A DNA stretch of 64,000 nucleotides, from positions 1,328,419 to 1,392,418 of the forward strand of contig OZ245729.1 in NCBI GenBank assembly GCA_965227215.1, written 5' to 3'. The DNA comes from Gracilimonas sp. (GTDB lineage: Bacteria; Bacteroidota; Rhodothermia; Balneolales; Balneolaceae). Positions 30,101 through 38,174 of this stretch are shown in pieces (the stretch's first letter is position 1; every line of letters starts with the position of its first letter). The notes below the pieces were generated by a model, which saw only the letters and a list, made by a program, of their open reading frames with translations, made no database searches and had not been told where the DNA came from. The position numbers were made by a program, and so were the translations under genes.

Positions 30101-32148
30101 TTTACCGGGAAAACTGGGGCGATTCTCCTGCCGAAATGAAATCCACACCGGGACTCCCCAACTTCATTGAGCAGGATAATGAGCCACCGGAATTGGAACA
30201 GGCTTTTATTGCTTCCGCTGATTCCATTCAACTCATTTTCAATGAACGGGTCGATTCTGTTTTAGCCACTGACATTTCCAACTATTCCATTACACCTTCT
30301 CGGTTGATTACCGAGGTAGCAAATTACAATGGAGATAGCTTGTCCTTAGTTCTGAGTACTCCATTGTCCAGCGGAGATTCATTCACTCTTACCGTCAACA
30401 ACCAACAGGATATCTTCGGTAATACCCTGACTTCAGCTTCGGTAGATCTGGAGTACACCGTTTTTTCTCCCGTCGCCCAAAGGGATGTCATCATCAATGA
30501 AATTTTGTACCACCGGGCAAGTGCTGAGTCGGCGGAATTTATTGAGCTCTACAACCGAACATCTGACAATTTTAATCTTTCCTACTGGACTCTTTCTGAT
30601 GCCACCGGTTCCACCTCTATTCCGGAAGGAACCGTTATCAAAAGTAATGAATATCTGGTACTCACCGATTCTGAAGAATTTGCCACCGGCAGTACCCTTA
30701 CCAAAGCCAAATCAAATGGAAGTGCAGTTTACCTGTCGGGATTTCCTTCCCTGAATGATGACGAAGATGCTGTGGTCATTAAGGATGAAAACGGGATGAT
30801 TGTTGACAGTTTGTTCTACAAGGAAACCTGGGGAGGAAACGAACCCGGCATTTCTCTGGAACGTAAAGACCCTGAATCTGCATCCAACGATGCCGGAAAC
30901 TGGGCTTCCAACACTTCTGAAAATGGGAATAGTGCAGGTTCACAAAGCTCCATCTTTGAACCGGATCAAAGCCCGCCCGAAATCATTTTTGCCAAGCTTA
31001 GAACAGATGGGAAGATTTATGTGGCCTTTTCTGAGTTTATACGTTCTTCCGGAACAGGACCTGTCACCGTGAATGAGAATCCGGCCTCTATTACAGAGTA
31101 CGATGAAGAAAACGCACATATCCTCATCATCGGAGATGGAAGTTTCCCAACCGGAGAACCACTGACGATTGCCTTTGGGCAGGCAACGGATTTCCGAGGG
31201 AATACATCAGGAGAGCTGGCAATTGAAGTCTCACAACCACTTTCCCGCGGCAACGTCGTCATTAATGAAATCCTGTTCGATCCGCTTGCCAATTCTGATG
31301 ACAACCTTCCCGATCAAACGGAGTACGTGGAGCTCTATAACAGAGCGGAATATGCGATTTCCCTGGAAGGATTTTTTATTCATGATGAACCGGACGAGAA
31401 TAACGAAATCCGATCGGTACATCCTTTCGGTTCAGAGTTCTGTTGGATTCCGGCCGGCGGATCGGTTGTGTTTTATGCGGAGGATCAAACCCCGGTTTTC
31501 AGTGAAAGTCGGCTGGCTGCATATTTTGAACTGCAAAATGAAAATGAACAATTCTTCATCCGTGCCGACCGCTCGAATTTGAGCCTGGCTTCCACCGGAG
31601 ATGCGGTTTACCTGGCGGATAGCACCGGAACCGTTATCGACTCTGTGTTCTACGATGAAAGCTGGCACAATCCAAACCTGTATGATGTTGACGGTATAGC
31701 TTTGGAGCGCATCGATCCTCACGGACCAAGCAATGATGAGACCAACTGGAGCTCCAGCACCGATGTAAGTGGCGGCACACCGGGACGGCAGAATTCCATT
31801 TTTCAGCAAGCCGGGGCCGGACCTGATGATGCCGGGATTACTTTTACGCCCAATCCTTTCTCTCCCGACGATGACGGTTTTGAAGACAATCTGTTCATCA
31901 ACTACAAACTGGAAGAACCGGACTATTTGTTGCGGGTCCGCATTTTTGATCGATATGGCCGGGAAGTCCGAAAGCTGGCCGATGGAAAACAAGCCGGGTT
32001 TGAAGGCTCCCTGATTTGGGATGGCTTTAAAGATGATGGGAGTAAAAACCGGGTTGGAATCTACATCGTGCTTTTTGAAGCCTATAACAGTGCTGAAGGA
32101 AAGAATAAGACCTTTAAGAAGACCGTTGTTTTGGCTAGGAAATTTTAA
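27187..32148 (+). CDS. giant secreted surface protein with five lamin-tail domains (LTD) and a C-terminal beta-sandwich sorting-like domain
   Basis: 1653 aa with a signal peptide. The LTD signature V[IV]INE[FI][ML]Y.P....EF[VI]ELYN...NL..W...D is repeated five times, starting at nt 28129, 28921, 29719, 30487 and 31255. Each unit closes with SLER...NW......TPG..N. The C-terminus reads FTPNPFSPDDDGFEDNLFINYKL.... Confidence 0.85.
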   Translation: MRVLLFMILWGLPCIIFGQSANFEDDFSDQDISDWFGDTGNFIFTEENGNILLQQNAAGAGVSYLSISTSNTIGYWEFFIRFDGFSPSNGNKAEIYLMSDSQDLTSSLNGYKLRGGENGSNDVFRLYRIDNGSEANEVLSGTTDISSGGDYRVKVTRDASGDWTLEVAEGYAGVLSVEDTGADNTYTSTPYFGFKNTYSSSRSDLFYYDFKIDIPPIEVTSVSLINNTEIDVAFSRAIDFSTVQNSDFILNPGGLAPQSVSQQSGGTTRITFSSAITSGPNSLTISGIEDNANETTLADTTFSFFMYDDYQTGDVIVNEFMKDPPPGTTEYVELRNTSSRYLNLKNWQLGDNNSLSTLSFSDFTLLPDSFVVISSDTSALNTFYGGAVYLQASLPAYNNGEDQIRLFNKSGILIDSLQYNADWGGEDVALERRSSAVPSFYQENWGDSPNPEFGTPGISNQVQPDNTPPFIESLKVENSQTLLLVISERAEASSAQDLNNYSISQNPEEGSIPPTIPGISSVQQIAPDSLRISLDTGLQEYDGNWTLTVTNLTDIFGNTANREADFNYYVIFTAEPNQVVINEFMYDPGDGFSEFVELYNHSDSSFNLQYWTFNDNTGDDEFISSNSFVLPAGKFVVLTPDSTLATSFPDISYIDMRSRFSSLNNSSDAIVIKNQNGLIIDSLSYQDDWGGEEISLERRTAIVTGIYRENWGNSPSGDRATPGLPNVIPKDETPPKIDDLSVMNDSTLQLIFSERVLESPATNPENYSFIELPETSGNSLLPQSFNYLAPDTVLISFPAKIPREESGTSYQLSVNNQKDVFGNTSGDLEADFFLIDLAEAGRDDVIINEFMYEPDEDYTEFIELFNPTDKNYDLRNWTLNDNTGNRREITSSSYELTLNSYLILAPDSSFLELFPNRPTLILGSRFPSLNNSTDAIVIRNAVGELIDSLTYTSDWGGEGASLERKSPDHPSFYRENWGDSPAEMKSTPGLPNFIEQDNEPPELEQAFIASADSIQLIFNERVDSVLATDISNYSITPSRLITEVANYNGDSLSLVLSTPLSSGDSFTLTVNNQQDIFGNTLTSASVDLEYTVFSPVAQRDVIINEILYHRASAESAEFIELYNRTSDNFNLSYWTLSDATGSTSIPEGTVIKSNEYLVLTDSEEFATGSTLTKAKSNGSAVYLSGFPSLNDDEDAVVIKDENGMIVDSLFYKETWGGNEPGISLERKDPESASNDAGNWASNTSENGNSAGSQSSIFEPDQSPPEIIFAKLRTDGKIYVAFSEFIRSSGTGPVTVNENPASITEYDEENAHILIIGDGSFPTGEPLTIAFGQATDFRGNTSGELAIEVSQPLSRGNVVINEILFDPLANSDDNLPDQTEYVELYNRAEYAISLEGFFIHDEPDENNEIRSVHPFGSEFCWIPAGGSVVFYAEDQTPVFSESRLAAYFELQNENEQFFIRADRSNLSLASTGDAVYLADSTGTVIDSVFYDESWHNPNLYDVDGIALERIDPHGPSNDETNWSSSTDVSGGTPGRQNSIFQQAGAGPDDAGITFTPNPFSPDDDGFEDNLFINYKLEEPDYLLRVRIFDRYGREVRKLADGKQAGFEGSLIWDGFKDDGSKNRVGIYIVLFEAYNSAEGKNKTFKKTVVLARKF

Positions 32149-32215
32149 ATGCTCAATGTTTGATGTTAAATGGCGTTTACTATATGCCCTCATTTAACAT
32201 TAAACATTTAAAATT
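32141..32215. terminator. Long imperfect AT-rich hairpin (family A) between convergent genes
   Basis: aattttaaatg(ctcaat)gtttgatgttaaatg ... catttaacattaaacatttaaaatt. The arms contain both stop codons (32146-32148 on + and 32208-32210 on -). The right arm is nearly identical to 3473-3497. Confidence 0.65.
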
Positions 32216-34295
32216 CCAGACTCACCTTCATTCCGCCAAACCAGTTTCGGGGAGCGGCTGGTTGGTAGTAGCGTTCACCAAAGGCATTCAAATCGTTACC
32301 AAGACTGTACTTCTCATCCAGCAGGTTGTCGATGCCCACAAAGAAATCGAAGGTCCAGTTTTCCATAAGTTCTTTTTTGAAACCTACTTTGGTTTGAACC
32401 AGATGATAAGGATTGGAATACACCGAATTGGCATCATTCAGTGGGATTTCATCGGTAAAGTTATAGGACAAGTTTCCATAAAAGCCGGGTTCGGTTCCCG
32501 CAGTTAACGTTGACACAACGGTATGAGGTGCAACGCCTGTCAGCTTATTTCCAGAGTAATCATTTCCGTCTTTCACATAGTTCACAAACTCAAAATCGTG
32601 ATAGGTGTAGGACAAGCTCCAGTCCAGTTGCTGAAGAAAATTTACCGGATTTCTGATTATCGCCCAGTTTGTAGCCAACTCTAAACCGTACTGATCGGTA
32701 GCACCCGCATTCCTGAAAATAACGGTAGAATTTCGGTCCGACTGTTGTTGTACAATGGTTTCTTCCAGCTTGAAGTAGAAAGCTGTTACATCGTAGGTAA
32801 AGCGTGCACTTGTGATGGTACCCCGTGCTCCAACTTCAAAGTTGGTCCCCTGCTCTGCTTCTAAATCCAAAGCGATGCTGCCTTCATTGGTTCTGAACTC
32901 TTCAATGGTTGGTGGTGAAAACCCATAACTGATACTTCCATGCAGCGAAAGCGCCGGGCTAAATTTCTTCAGCAACCCGATTCTTGGGATGATCTCCGGC
33001 TCAAAAGTTTTCCGGGCAAGGCCGGTAGTGTCATCAGAGATATTCGTAACCAATCGGTTCAGGCTGTATTCCAGTCGGTTGTAACTGAGTCCGGCCGTGA
33101 GATAGAAATCACCGGGCAGATCCATTTCCGTATTGAAGAACAGCAATGAAGACTGAATCTTGATTTCATCATCAAAATTTAAAGAACCAACCTTGCTGGT
33201 GTCATTTTCAAAGTTACGGGCTGCGTAGTTTGCGGACTGAAATTCACCCCCGACCGTAAACCTCGTTCTTACTTCCCCAATATCCGTATCAAAGTAGAAG
33301 CGGGTACGTCCACCGCCTGATTTACGGCTGTCTTTTTTGTAATCCAGGTTGAAGGGATTTTCAAAGGCACTGAAGGTTCCATATACATTCGTCAGATTGG
33401 AAATGTTGTCCGTAATCTGCACATCGTGGCTTACACCCGCTAAGAAAGATTGTTGGTCAATACTCGCATTCGATTCCACACTTCCCAACACAAAAGGATT
33501 TCCGGGCCGGGCCTGACTTGGATCATTCTGATATTGCTCCAGCGTCAATCCTCCCGGAATTCCATAGTTAAGATCCGAATACAAGAAGCTGGTCTTAATC
33601 ATCTGCTTCTCATTCAGCTGAAAGCGCCCCGATAATTCTGCAGTTTGCCGGTTGAAGAACGTCTGATCGCGGTATCCATCCGCATGTTGATTCGCATAGT
33701 TGAACCGGAGGCTTCCTTCATCAAACTGATTTTGGGCATACGCTGTGTATCGCTGCAATCCATAGGAACCTAACATCATACCCGTTCCAACCTCATTCCT
33801 GTTCGATTGACGACTTTCCAGCAGCAGGGCTCCTCCGTTTCCGGCTCCATAAATACTACCCGCCGGGCCGCGTATCACCTCCACTTCCTGCATATTAATC
33901 ACATCCAACAGATTCAGAAAGGTACTTCCGGAAGGCTCGGTAAAAGGAATACCATTCCAGTACACCTTCACGTTCCGAACCCCGAATGGAGCACGCAGTG
34001 AGCTCCCCCGAATCGCCACACGATAACTTCCGGGTGCACGCTGTTCAATTCTTACTCCGGGAACTTCATTCAGACCATATAGCAATGATCGCTCATCAAA
34101 TCCACTTATTTGCTCAGCTTTTACATTGGTGATGGCACCCGGTGATTCCATCACGCTTCGGTTTCCTTCATAGCCAACAACCACCACGTCCCCGAGATCG
34201 GCTTTGAGGGTGTCTATATCCTGACGTGCATAAAGGTGTCCTGAAAAAATTAGAATAAATGTTGCTAAAAGAACCGCAGATGATTTTATGTGCAT
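32208..34295 (-). CDS. TonB-dependent outer-membrane receptor
   Basis: 695 aa. Signal peptide, plug-domain motifs (VVVGYEG..., IEVIRGPAGSIYGAG), and a C-terminal terminal-Phe beta-barrel end (KVSLEF). Confidence 0.9.
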   Translation of the reverse strand: MHIKSSAVLLATFILIFSGHLYARQDIDTLKADLGDVVVVGYEGNRSVMESPGAITNVKAEQISGFDERSLLYGLNEVPGVRIEQRAPGSYRVAIRGSSLRAPFGVRNVKVYWNGIPFTEPSGSTFLNLLDVINMQEVEVIRGPAGSIYGAGNGGALLLESRQSNRNEVGTGMMLGSYGLQRYTAYAQNQFDEGSLRFNYANQHADGYRDQTFFNRQTAELSGRFQLNEKQMIKTSFLYSDLNYGIPGGLTLEQYQNDPSQARPGNPFVLGSVESNASIDQQSFLAGVSHDVQITDNISNLTNVYGTFSAFENPFNLDYKKDSRKSGGGRTRFYFDTDIGEVRTRFTVGGEFQSANYAARNFENDTSKVGSLNFDDEIKIQSSLLFFNTEMDLPGDFYLTAGLSYNRLEYSLNRLVTNISDDTTGLARKTFEPEIIPRIGLLKKFSPALSLHGSISYGFSPPTIEEFRTNEGSIALDLEAEQGTNFEVGARGTITSARFTYDVTAFYFKLEETIVQQQSDRNSTVIFRNAGATDQYGLELATNWAIIRNPVNFLQQLDWSLSYTYHDFEFVNYVKDGNDYSGNKLTGVAPHTVVSTLTAGTEPGFYGNLSYNFTDEIPLNDANSVYSNPYHLVQTKVGFKKELMENWTFDFFVGIDNLLDEKYSLGNDLNAFGERYYQPAAPRNWFGGMKVSLEF

Positions 34296-34377
34296 AGGAA
34301 CAAATTACAAAGCCTTGTATTAAGATTTAAGAATTGAATACCTTCTGGCAACAAATAATTCACCACCGGTTACTCAT

Positions 34378-35187
34378 TTGCAAGATTTAAAAAACGCACC
34401 CATTGGAATTTTCGACTCCGGCATCGGCGGGCTTACCGTAGCCAAGGCCGTCATTGATGCTTTACCCAACGAAGATATCATTTATTTCGGTGATACAGCC
34501 CGGGTTCCCTATGGCATCAAATCGGAAGAGACCGTGCGTTCCTACGCTCTTGAAATCACCAATTTTTTGTTGAAGCGTGGTGTGAAAATGATTCTGATTG
34601 CTTGCAATACCGTCTCCGCTTCAGCCAAAGAAGAAATTATTCAGTCCGCCGGAAACATCCCTGTTTTAGATGTGATTACCGCCGGAACAAAAAATGCGGT
34701 GCACCTTCCAAACCATAATCATGTAGGGGTGATTGGTACCTTAGCAACCGTAAACTCGAAAGCCTATACAAAGTCTATTCATGCTTACGACCCTACCATT
34801 ACCGTAACTCAGCAGGCATGCCCTATTTTGGTTCCCTTAGCAGAAGAAGGCTGGATTGATAACGATGTCGCCCTTCAGACTCTACATCATTACCTGGACC
34901 ATTTTGAAGGAAGCGGAATTGAGTCACTAATACTTGGATGCACGCATTACCCGCTTTTTAAAGATGTAATTCCCAAAGTACTCAAAGATCAAAAAGTCGA
35001 AATTATTGATTCAGCAGAATCCATAGCTCAATCCGCAAAGGGAAAACTTGATGAATTAGGTTTGCTGAATGAATCCGGCGGAGATTTCCGGTGCTACGTA
35101 AGCGACCGTCCCCAGCGCTTTCATGAACTGGCGGAACGTTTTTTAGGCCGCAATCTCAATGGTGTTGAGGTTGTAAGTTTGGGGTAA
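34378..35187 (+). CDS. murI: glutamate racemase
   Basis: IGIFDSGIGGLTV, IACNTVSA and LGCTHYP catalytic Cys motifs. Uses a TTG start. Confidence 0.9.
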   Translation: MQDLKNAPIGIFDSGIGGLTVAKAVIDALPNEDIIYFGDTARVPYGIKSEETVRSYALEITNFLLKRGVKMILIACNTVSASAKEEIIQSAGNIPVLDVITAGTKNAVHLPNHNHVGVIGTLATVNSKAYTKSIHAYDPTITVTQQACPILVPLAEEGWIDNDVALQTLHHYLDHFEGSGIESLILGCTHYPLFKDVIPKVLKDQKVEIIDSAESIAQSAKGKLDELGLLNESGGDFRCYVSDRPQRFHELAERFLGRNLNGVEVVSLG

Positions 35188-35316
35188 GCAGCACCTTTTC
35201 ATCTTTGATTCGTAATGCTTCGGGGAGTGTTAGATTTTTAGGATAAAAACAGTAATCTCCCCTTTTCTGTATCCTGTTTGTTATACAGGTAACCCAATCA
35301 TTACAAATAAACCGCT

Positions 35317-35802
35317 ATGAAAACACTCATTACACTTCTCGTACTACTCATTGGAAGCTTTTCGGTTTCTGAATCTTATGAAGTCGAGCCAACCGGGGAC
35401 GCTTCTAAAAACAAATTTGATATCGAAGATTTTAGCTGGCTGGTGGGCTCATGGACCGGAGATGGCTTTGGTGGAATCTCCCACGAAACCTGGGCTGCAC
35501 CCGTGAACGGCACCATGATGGGTATGTACCGACATATTAATGCTGAAGGTGAATTGAATTTCTATGAATTTCTGCTGCTTGATGAAAACGGACTCCGGCT
35601 CAAACACTTCAATCCGGATTTAACCGGCTGGGAAGAGAAGAACGATATGCTCACATTCGAAATGATCCGTTATACTAAAGACAAAATTGAGCTTAAAGGA
35701 CTCACCTTCGAAAGAAAATCAGATACAGAGATGACCATTTCCCTGAAAATGAAGCGCGGAGGAGAATTCCATACTGAGGTTTTTAATATGATTAGGCAGT
35801 AA
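35317..35802 (+). CDS. small secreted protein of unknown function (lipocalin/DUF6265-like)
   Basis: 161 aa with a signal peptide. The family assignment from FSWLVGSWTGDGFGG...W is tentative. Confidence 0.6.
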   Translation: MKTLITLLVLLIGSFSVSESYEVEPTGDASKNKFDIEDFSWLVGSWTGDGFGGISHETWAAPVNGTMMGMYRHINAEGELNFYEFLLLDENGLRLKHFNPDLTGWEEKNDMLTFEMIRYTKDKIELKGLTFERKSDTEMTISLKMKRGGEFHTEVFNMIRQ

Positions 35803-36223
35803 ACCCTTTGGAATCCTAGGACATTTATTAGAATATAAAAACATCTCCCCCCTTTTTTTAAAAGCTACTTCAGAATTTTCTTGCTAATCACTTTCCTGAG
35901 ACAGGAAATATTGTCAGACCACATAAAATCACCGACAGTCACTATGACATACATATATATAGAGTGCATTATCACTATAAATAAAAATTTATTAGCACTC
36001 TTAAATTATTTTAAAGGCGCTTTTTTGAAGGATGAATAAGGGTAATTTGATAAAATTTGAATAAATATTTATGCATTATTCAGTCTCGTATAATTTTATG
36101 AAATTTTATTATCCATAAGTTTAATTGATATTGGTTTTACAGAATTACACGTATCTGTCAGTATTCTTTTTTTTGGCATAAATATTGCCATTTACTTTAC
36201 AACCGTAAACTAACCTACTTATT

Positions 36224-36787
36224 ATGCCAGATGAAACGACTTTCAAAATATCATTCACAGATAAGTCCCTCGAAATTTCTGGGAGTGAAGAATTTGTAAA
36301 ACAACAGCTGGACGACTTCAAGTCATTGATAAATGCGTCAATTAGTAGACTTATAACAGAAGATGGTTCTACTTATGCTGATGAAGAGAATGATTTAATT
36401 ACTTATGACAACAATGAATTAGGGTCTGCACTTACAGGTCAATTTTCAAATTTCGCTGAAGACGTTATAGTTATAGACGATGATGAAGTGAATGTAATTG
36501 CAAATGTGGAAGGTAGCACTGTTGCTGCCAGAATGATCGATTTTGTTTTACTTTATATGTTGGGTAACAGACAAATCGGCAATGAAGAAATCGATTTTAA
36601 TGAACTCCGAGAAGCATGTGAAAGTTATGGTGAATTTGATGGGCCAAACTTTTCGCGACATATGAATAGCAAAAAAAACAAACCCTACTTCATTATTAAA
36701 GGCTCAGGAAGAAAACAAAGTGCAAAATTAACTAGACCTGGAATTAAAAAGGCTGAAGAATTAATCGAACAACTATCACATGATTAA
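36224..36787 (+). CDS. island gene A: hypothetical protein (N-terminal LEISG module, acidic linker, C-terminal wHTH-like region)
   Basis: 187 aa in a low-GC segment. Its stop overlaps the gene B start by 8 nt (ATGATTAA). The N-terminus FKISFTDKSLEISGSEEFVKQQLDDFKSLI is paralogous to gene C. Confidence 0.75.
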   Translation: MPDETTFKISFTDKSLEISGSEEFVKQQLDDFKSLINASISRLITEDGSTYADEENDLITYDNNELGSALTGQFSNFAEDVIVIDDDEVNVIANVEGSTVAARMIDFVLLYMLGNRQIGNEEIDFNELREACESYGEFDGPNFSRHMNSKKNKPYFIIKGSGRKQSAKLTRPGIKKAEELIEQLSHD

Positions 36788-37556
36788 CGAATTAATCGAA
36801 TCTGTTCTAAAAGATTCTTTCCCAATCGAAATTGCTGATAAATTACTTTCTACTTTTCTAGAAGTAGAAAGAAACTACTCGTTACAAAATTGGAAAGTTA
36901 GCGAATTAGAATCTGGACATTTTGTTGAAAGTACAAGAAGAGCACTAGACTTTAAGCTTTCTAATAGTTTCACTCCTTTCAACAAAAGTTTAGGGAGTTT
37001 CAATTCTAAAGCACTCTCTAAATACGAAAATAGTAAGGGCCATGAATCATACAGAATAATTATACCCAGAGTTCTATTCTCTATCTATTGTATAAGAAAT
37101 AAAAGGGGTGTAGGACATATTAATGAAGTATCACCTAACAAGATTGACGCGAGTTCAATACTTAGTTCAGTAAAATGGACAATGGCCGAAATACTTCGAC
37201 TTGAATCAGACTTAGACTTTAGTCAGACATCAGATTTAATTGATAAAGTAACAAGTCGAAATATTGAGTTACTCTGGAAAGAAGATGATTTCACAGTTAT
37301 ACTTAGCAATAGTTTGTCAGCCTCTGATGAAGTACTAGTACTGCTATTAGATGACAACCCTCAAGGAATTGACAAGCTGTTTGAGTTGGTAAACTACACC
37401 AATAAAACACACTTTAAAAACAGAATCTTAAAGCGTCTTGAAAATGAAAAGTTAATCAAGATCAAAGATAATCAATGCTTCATTTCTCCGCTTGGAATTA
37501 TGGTTGCAGAAAATTTAATACTAAAACATAAAGAAGGTAATTATGGAAAATTTTAG
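36780..37556 (+). CDS. island gene B: hypothetical protein with HEPN-like Rx6H motif and C-terminal wHTH-like region
   Basis: 258 aa. It overlaps A by 8 nt and C by 14 nt. Motif CIRNKRGVGHI (nt 37095-37118). The C-terminus KRLENEKLIKIKDNQCFISPLGIMVAENLI is wHTH-like. Confidence 0.75.
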   Translation: MINELIESVLKDSFPIEIADKLLSTFLEVERNYSLQNWKVSELESGHFVESTRRALDFKLSNSFTPFNKSLGSFNSKALSKYENSKGHESYRIIIPRVLFSIYCIRNKRGVGHINEVSPNKIDASSILSSVKWTMAEILRLESDLDFSQTSDLIDKVTSRNIELLWKEDDFTVILSNSLSASDEVLVLLLDDNPQGIDKLFELVNYTNKTHFKNRILKRLENEKLIKIKDNQCFISPLGIMVAENLILKHKEGNYGKF

Positions 37557-38025
37557 TTTCAGAATAAATCTCATAGAACAGGAATTAGAAATCTCTGGCG
37601 ACTCTCAATTATTTGAAAAATTTGAAAATGATTTTAAAAATTTAATTGAGAAACTAAAATCTTCAGCAAATACACCTATTGGGAAAACTGAAGTTAAAAA
37701 AGATAGCAATAATCAGAATCCTAGTAGTTTCAAGGAGCCGAAAACTGAGTCTTTTGGCGAATATTATTCAAAATTTCCACGAGACATAAAAGATGTAGAT
37801 AAAATATTAATTGCAGGATATTTCAGTCAACTTCAAAATGAGAATAATATTTTTTCAACAAACGACGCTTCGACTCTATTAGTTGATCAAGGAGTTAAAC
37901 TTTCTAACCCATCGGCTTTTTTAAATTCAAACTTGAAGGCAAAAAAGGTTTTCAAACATAATGGAAATTTTAGGATTTCGGAATTAGGGATAGAGTACCT
38001 TAAAGAAATCGCAGAACAAAATTAA
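37543..38025 (+). CDS. island gene C: hypothetical protein, paralog of gene A
   Basis: 160 aa. The N-terminus FSFRINLIEQELEISGDSQLFEKFENDFKNLI aligns ungapped with gene A (12 of 32 identical). A low-complexity linker follows, then the C-terminus FRISELGIEYLKEI. Confidence 0.75.
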   Translation: MENFSFRINLIEQELEISGDSQLFEKFENDFKNLIEKLKSSANTPIGKTEVKKDSNNQNPSSFKEPKTESFGEYYSKFPRDIKDVDKILIAGYFSQLQNENNIFSTNDASTLLVDQGVKLSNPSAFLNSNLKAKKVFKHNGNFRISELGIEYLKEIAEQN

Positions 38026-38174
38026 CTTTGGTCTACCTCTTCAACAAATCCCGGATCTGGATTGGCTATGTCTTTTCTGAGAAGTTTGTTGATATGAGGT
38101 TTCGTTAGCCTCTTACCCAAATCTGCGTTATTTTCAGGAAACGTTTACTTTGAAATAAAATCCCTTGTTCATTT

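Noticed and set aside
28129-31700. Periodic repeats of about 770-800 nt that could superficially suggest an array
   Set aside because: They are in-frame coding repeats (LTD modules) with divergent sequence, not short identical direct repeats with spacers. I saw no CRISPR array anywhere in the window.
31432-32193. 253-aa minus-strand ORF inside the 3' end of the LTD gene
   Set aside because: It is fully antisense to a gene with strong domain signatures, and its product has no recognisable features. The same reasoning applies to other long antisense ORFs: 18410-19012 in katG, 58096-58881 in the amidohydrolase gene, 55516-56050 in hppA, 13752-14246 in hppD, 10900-11412 in the M61 gene, 5849-6352 in the M24 gene, 42227-42700 in the ALDH gene, and 23438-23821 and 24080-24454 in the MFS gene.
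35243-35857. Direct repeat-like strings ataaaaaca(gta)atctcccctttt (35243-35268) and ataaaaacatctcccccctttttt (35834-35857) flanking the 161-aa secreted-protein gene
   Set aside because: Only about 9 + 8 matching bases in AT/T-rich context, which is too weak to call att sites or target duplications. It could still mark the left edge of the island and is worth a look in comparative data.
35977-35995. AATAAA-AA-TTTATT inverted repeat and TCACTAT direct repeats in the AT-rich leader of the island operon
   Set aside because: Such short AT-only symmetries are expected by chance in DNA of this composition. I did not call them operators or promoters.
38022-38138. Start-less 38-codon minus-strand reading frame (..TFPENNADLGKRLTKPHINKLLRKDIANPDPGFVEEVDQS*) at the right edge of the three-gene island
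   Set aside because: It has no start codon and is too short to assess. It may be a remnant of a gene truncated by island insertion, but that cannot be supported without homology searches.
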